Below, piece by piece: positions 63,121 through 64,000 of a stretch of DNA of 64,000 bases. Source of the stretch: Stegostoma tigrinum. Taxonomy: Eukaryota. The position numbers and the translations under genes are program-made. The notes below the pieces were generated by a model. That model ran no database searches and was not told the DNA's origin. It was given only the letters and a program-made list of their open reading frames with translations. Every line of letters starts with the position of its first letter. Within the stretch, counting starts at the first letter, position 1. The DNA is taken from contig NC_081387.1 in NCBI RefSeq assembly GCF_030684315.1, forward strand, positions 26,592,647 through 26,656,646, written 5' to 3'.

Positions 63121-63267
63121 AACCCATTGTCAGCTACTATGTGGTCAAGCAGCGACTGAGATGTAAAAATGACTGTTAATGGGTGTGAAAGGGAGAAAGT
63201 GCCCACACTGCTCAGAGCAAAATCAGCAAGACCGGGATTGTGTGAGCAACTGGAAGAAAACTGAAGA

Positions 63268-64000
63268 AGGCAAACCAGGGCAGGGCTTGTGCTGTTAATG
63301 GTAAAGCTCTAGGAGGGTTGCCAAACAGAGAGACCGAGGGGTATAAGTGAATTGCTCCTTGAAAGTGGAGTTTGAGGTAGACAGGGTGGTGAAGATGGCA
63401 TTTAGTATGCTTGTCTTTATTGGTCAGTGCATTGAGTAGAGGAGTTGGAAGGATCATATTGTACTGTAGAGGACATTGGTTAGGGCCACTTTTCAAATAC
63501 CGTGTTCAATTCTTGTTGCCTTTCTATAGGAAAGATATTGTGAAGGTTGAAAGGTACAGAAAAGATTTACAAGAATGTTGCTGGGAATGGATGGTTGGAG
63601 CTAAGGAGAGAGAAGTTGGATATTTTGGGACTTCTTCCCCGGAGCGTTGGAGGCTGAGGGGTGGTGACCTTATAGAAATTTCTAAAATCATGAGGGGCGG
63701 TGATAGGGTGAATATTCAAGGGCTTTTAATTGGGGTGGGGAAGTCCAAAACTAGAGGGACATAGGTTTAAGGTGCGAGGGGAAAGAGAAAAAAGGGACCT
63801 GAGGCGTAACTTTTTCACACAGAGGGTGGTGTGTGTATGGAAGAGCTGCCAGAGGAAGTGGTGGAGGCTGGTACAGTTACAGCATTTAATTCTTGATTGC
63901 TACCTGAATAGGAAGAGGTGTGGGCTAAATGCTGGCAAACCGGACTAGGTCAGGCTTGGAAAATCTGCTCAGCATGGGCGTGTTGGACAGAGGGTCTGTT
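63268..64000 (+). mobile_element. CR1 LINE 3' fragment (in CALHM intron)
   Basis: ERWRLRGGDLIEISKIMRG...FFTQRVV. Confidence 0.8.

Noticed and set aside
62787-63122. C-terminal His/Thr-rich part of the 390-aa ORF
   Set aside because: Read-through past the gtgagt donor into intron and (CA)n repeat; the pre-gap part of the ORF starts in CR1 sequence.

Overview
Eukaryotic (vertebrate) DNA. The repeats (HE1/V-SINE-like tRNA SINEs, abundant CR1 LINEs, Penelope-like elements) point to a cartilaginous fish, probably a shark; this is an inference. Gene order: a RING/B-box/coiled-coil TRIM gene (-, 5 exons, no PRY/SPRY exon found in the window), three tandem intronless HSP70 genes (+), the complete 5-exon LSM2 gene (+), then, after a 160-N gap, exon 1 of a divergent CALHM-family channel (+). 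HSP70 cluster + LSM2 is the hallmark of the MHC class III region. Highlights: (i) promoter specialisation, with HSEs at HSP70-1/-2 but an HSE-less RFX X-box/CRE/CCAAT/TATA promoter at the LSM2-adjacent HSP70-3 (HSPA1L-like position); (ii) HSP70-2 is a gene-conversion chimera with an in-frame uORF; (iii) a size series (0.13-2.1 kb) of mostly fold-back Penelope-like insertions with 9-17 bp TSDs and minimal hammerhead ribozyme motifs, plus a second hammerhead family; (iv) a possibly MHC-linked CALHM with CALHM1-like LLDG motif and coordinated loss of one disulfide; (v) a TRIM with an ISRE next to its ATG and a 3-residue B-box deletion. Repeat boundaries are approximate; exon, TSD and motif coordinates were counted by hand.
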